A DNA stretch of 64,000 bases from Glaucostegus cemiculus (Eukaryota). Where the stretch lies: the NCBI GenBank assembly GCA_976551045.1, contig CDPCPM010000247.1, positions 1,426,001 through 1,490,000 of the forward strand. The letters run 5' to 3'. This document shows positions 61,889 to 64,000 of this stretch, piece by piece. The translations under genes and the position numbers were made by a program. Below the pieces are notes generated by a model. The model saw only the letters and a program-made list of their open reading frames with translations, made no database searches and was not told the DNA's origin. Position 1 is the stretch's first letter, and every line of letters starts with the position of its first letter.

Positions 61889-64000
61889 CTACTGAGCAAA
61901 CTAAATGAAAACTATGCTGGTTGAGAATTAAACCTCATTGCCTGATCCACATCACTTTGTCTCATTGCCGCCAAGCAAATCAAATTCACTGAAAGATTGT
62001 TTTGTTGTATCATTTCTCATTAGATAGCCAAATACTTCTGAATCAACAAGACCACTGACAATTGCATATTGCTCCTTAATGTTGGTAAGCATACTGCTTT
62101 TGGATACGTGACAGTGCATTTAAAAATTGCTCCACAGATACTACCTCCATTTACTTTGGGATGTTCACTTTCAGAAAAATGATTTCCAATAAACAAACTG
62201 CAAGATCAACAAGCTTCCCTGTAGCATCAAACTCTGCACAATTTACACAGCACAGTGTGGATGGTCTTTGAATTCTTTAATTGTATGTGGCAGAGCAGCA
62301 AATGAAGGGCAATCTGTTACTGCAACCACAAGGAACTCTTTGCACCAGAGACAATTTCAGAGGCACAGGACCTGATTTTACAATGAATCTCAATCACAAA
62401 CTACTCCCTAACCATCATTCAGATAGGTCAAACAAACCTGCAAATGTTCTCATGCACTATTAAATCAGCAATTTTATTTACAAAAACTTGCAGTGATATC
62501 ATCAGCCGCAAACACAGTTAAACCATGATAATACAATACCACAGATAAAAATGACCAAAGTACTTTTTAAACCAAGTGCTGCTCTCACCAGCACCAGAGG
62601 TTTAACTGCAAGGATGAATTTACACTAAGTCGCATAAATGCAAAGTTTTCCAGTTTGAATCATGTGAACATTATTGTATTGCTGAGCTGCTTCCTTAGCT
62701 GTTCGGGTGGTCAAAGATCTAAAAATGCAATGAAATCTCCTCAGGTCCCAGCCACCACTGAGATGCCTCAAATAAGGCACCGCCAAAGCAGAGTGACCAG
62801 TCATTAATCTCATTACAGTTTTTGGGACATTAATACATGCACTGATAGCCGCTGTTGATTTTGTAGACAAATGAGTATTTTTCAAAACTATTCTGAAACA
62901 ACAATATAAATGGAAATTTCTATCACATGAATGGAAACTAAAGCAGTCTTTTGACAAGTAACCTGTGAATAGATTGACTCCCTATACAGCATCATACGAC
63001 TGATGAATCAGAGTTTCAGATTTCAGATCCCAGCTTCAATTTGCTTCCCAACATAGTGTAGGTCAATTTCTGGACAAGCTGGAGATCCTCAAGTTTCAGG
63101 GGATGGAATGAGAGTCAAGTTAAAATTAACAGGAAAATCTTTGAATCTTATTAAACAACTTTCATATCAATAGCACCTTCAGAAAAGGTAATAATGGGCA
63201 GCATAAGTGATGGGAAGGAATGAAGCGCTAGTGTTGGAGTACATATTTCTTTATCATCGTCATTTTGCACTCCCAACTTTATCCTGTTTTGAAAATCCAA
63301 GAATGGAAAAGTAGATGCTGAGCATGAAATTAATTTCATCAAGGCAAAAATCAGCATGTCAGCTGACAGGTCTCTGTTTTTTGCTGGAGTCACAGAAAAA
63401 CTTGAGTTTTCTTGGAAGCAGTTTCACATCTACAGAGACAGCTTCATAGTCTTCATTATCTATACTGAAGAAACCTTCAGTTCCCTGAGGAAAGATGGGG
63501 AGAAAGAACAGAAATAATAACACAACCACTCAGATTGGATACATTTCTCTCAAGAAAGTAACTGGAAGATTAAGGGAAATTAGCCAGTACTTTCTAAAAC
63601 ATAACAGCAATGTCATATACATATTACAGTCATTCATGGAGGATTGATACAAATAAGAAATTCAAAAATCATGAAGGTATTCAATTTCTTTTCCTAATGA
63701 TGTTCTTCTTCAGGATATTACAGACTGATTTCTGACAGGCAGCGTTAATTGAGTATACATTACAAATTTTGGTAGAATGTGAAAAGCCACTGTTATGAAA
63801 CCAGCAACAAAAGAAGCACACCAAGTCGTACTTCAGTGTTAAAACTACTTTATTAATAACTACTTCTGATAATACGTAAAATAAGAACAAAAAGTTAGTA
63901 TATTAGTACAAAACAAAATATTAGAATCTTAAACTATAACCCCAAAAACTACTCGTCGTGTGTGTGTGGCAAATTCCTAAACTCCAAGTCCAGGAAATAG

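Noticed and set aside
63151-63393. 80-aa minus-strand ORF as an exon of a neighbouring gene
   Set aside because: No similarity to any protein I recognise and no clear splice signals.

Overview
Vertebrate genomic DNA, most likely a cartilaginous fish (inferred from HE1/V-SINE-like, Deu-SINE-like and elasmobranch-type CR1 repeats). The window holds one complete + strand gene, DENND2A (a DENN-domain Rab GEF). I traced 19 coding exons by hand from ATG 17482 to TAA 57772: 3423 nt, 1140 aa, all GT-AG introns, all phases consistent, followed by a roughly 2.5 kb 3' UTR. The first coding exon (17472-17567) is absent from the ORF track. It resembles the N-terminus of the paralog DENND2B/ST5 and extends the protein about 100 aa beyond the Met I recall as the human DENND2A start. 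Non-coding DNA is dense with decayed mobile elements: CR1/L2 LINE pieces, SINEs, three PIF/Harbinger transposase fossils, a Penelope-like fragment, MITEs, and a repeat family whose consensus spells a minimal type-I hammerhead ribozyme. There is also a perfect 4x60-bp G-rich tandem repeat, several candidate microexons and enhancer-like motif clusters. All homologies come from remembered sequences; no searches were run, and mobile-element boundaries are approximate.
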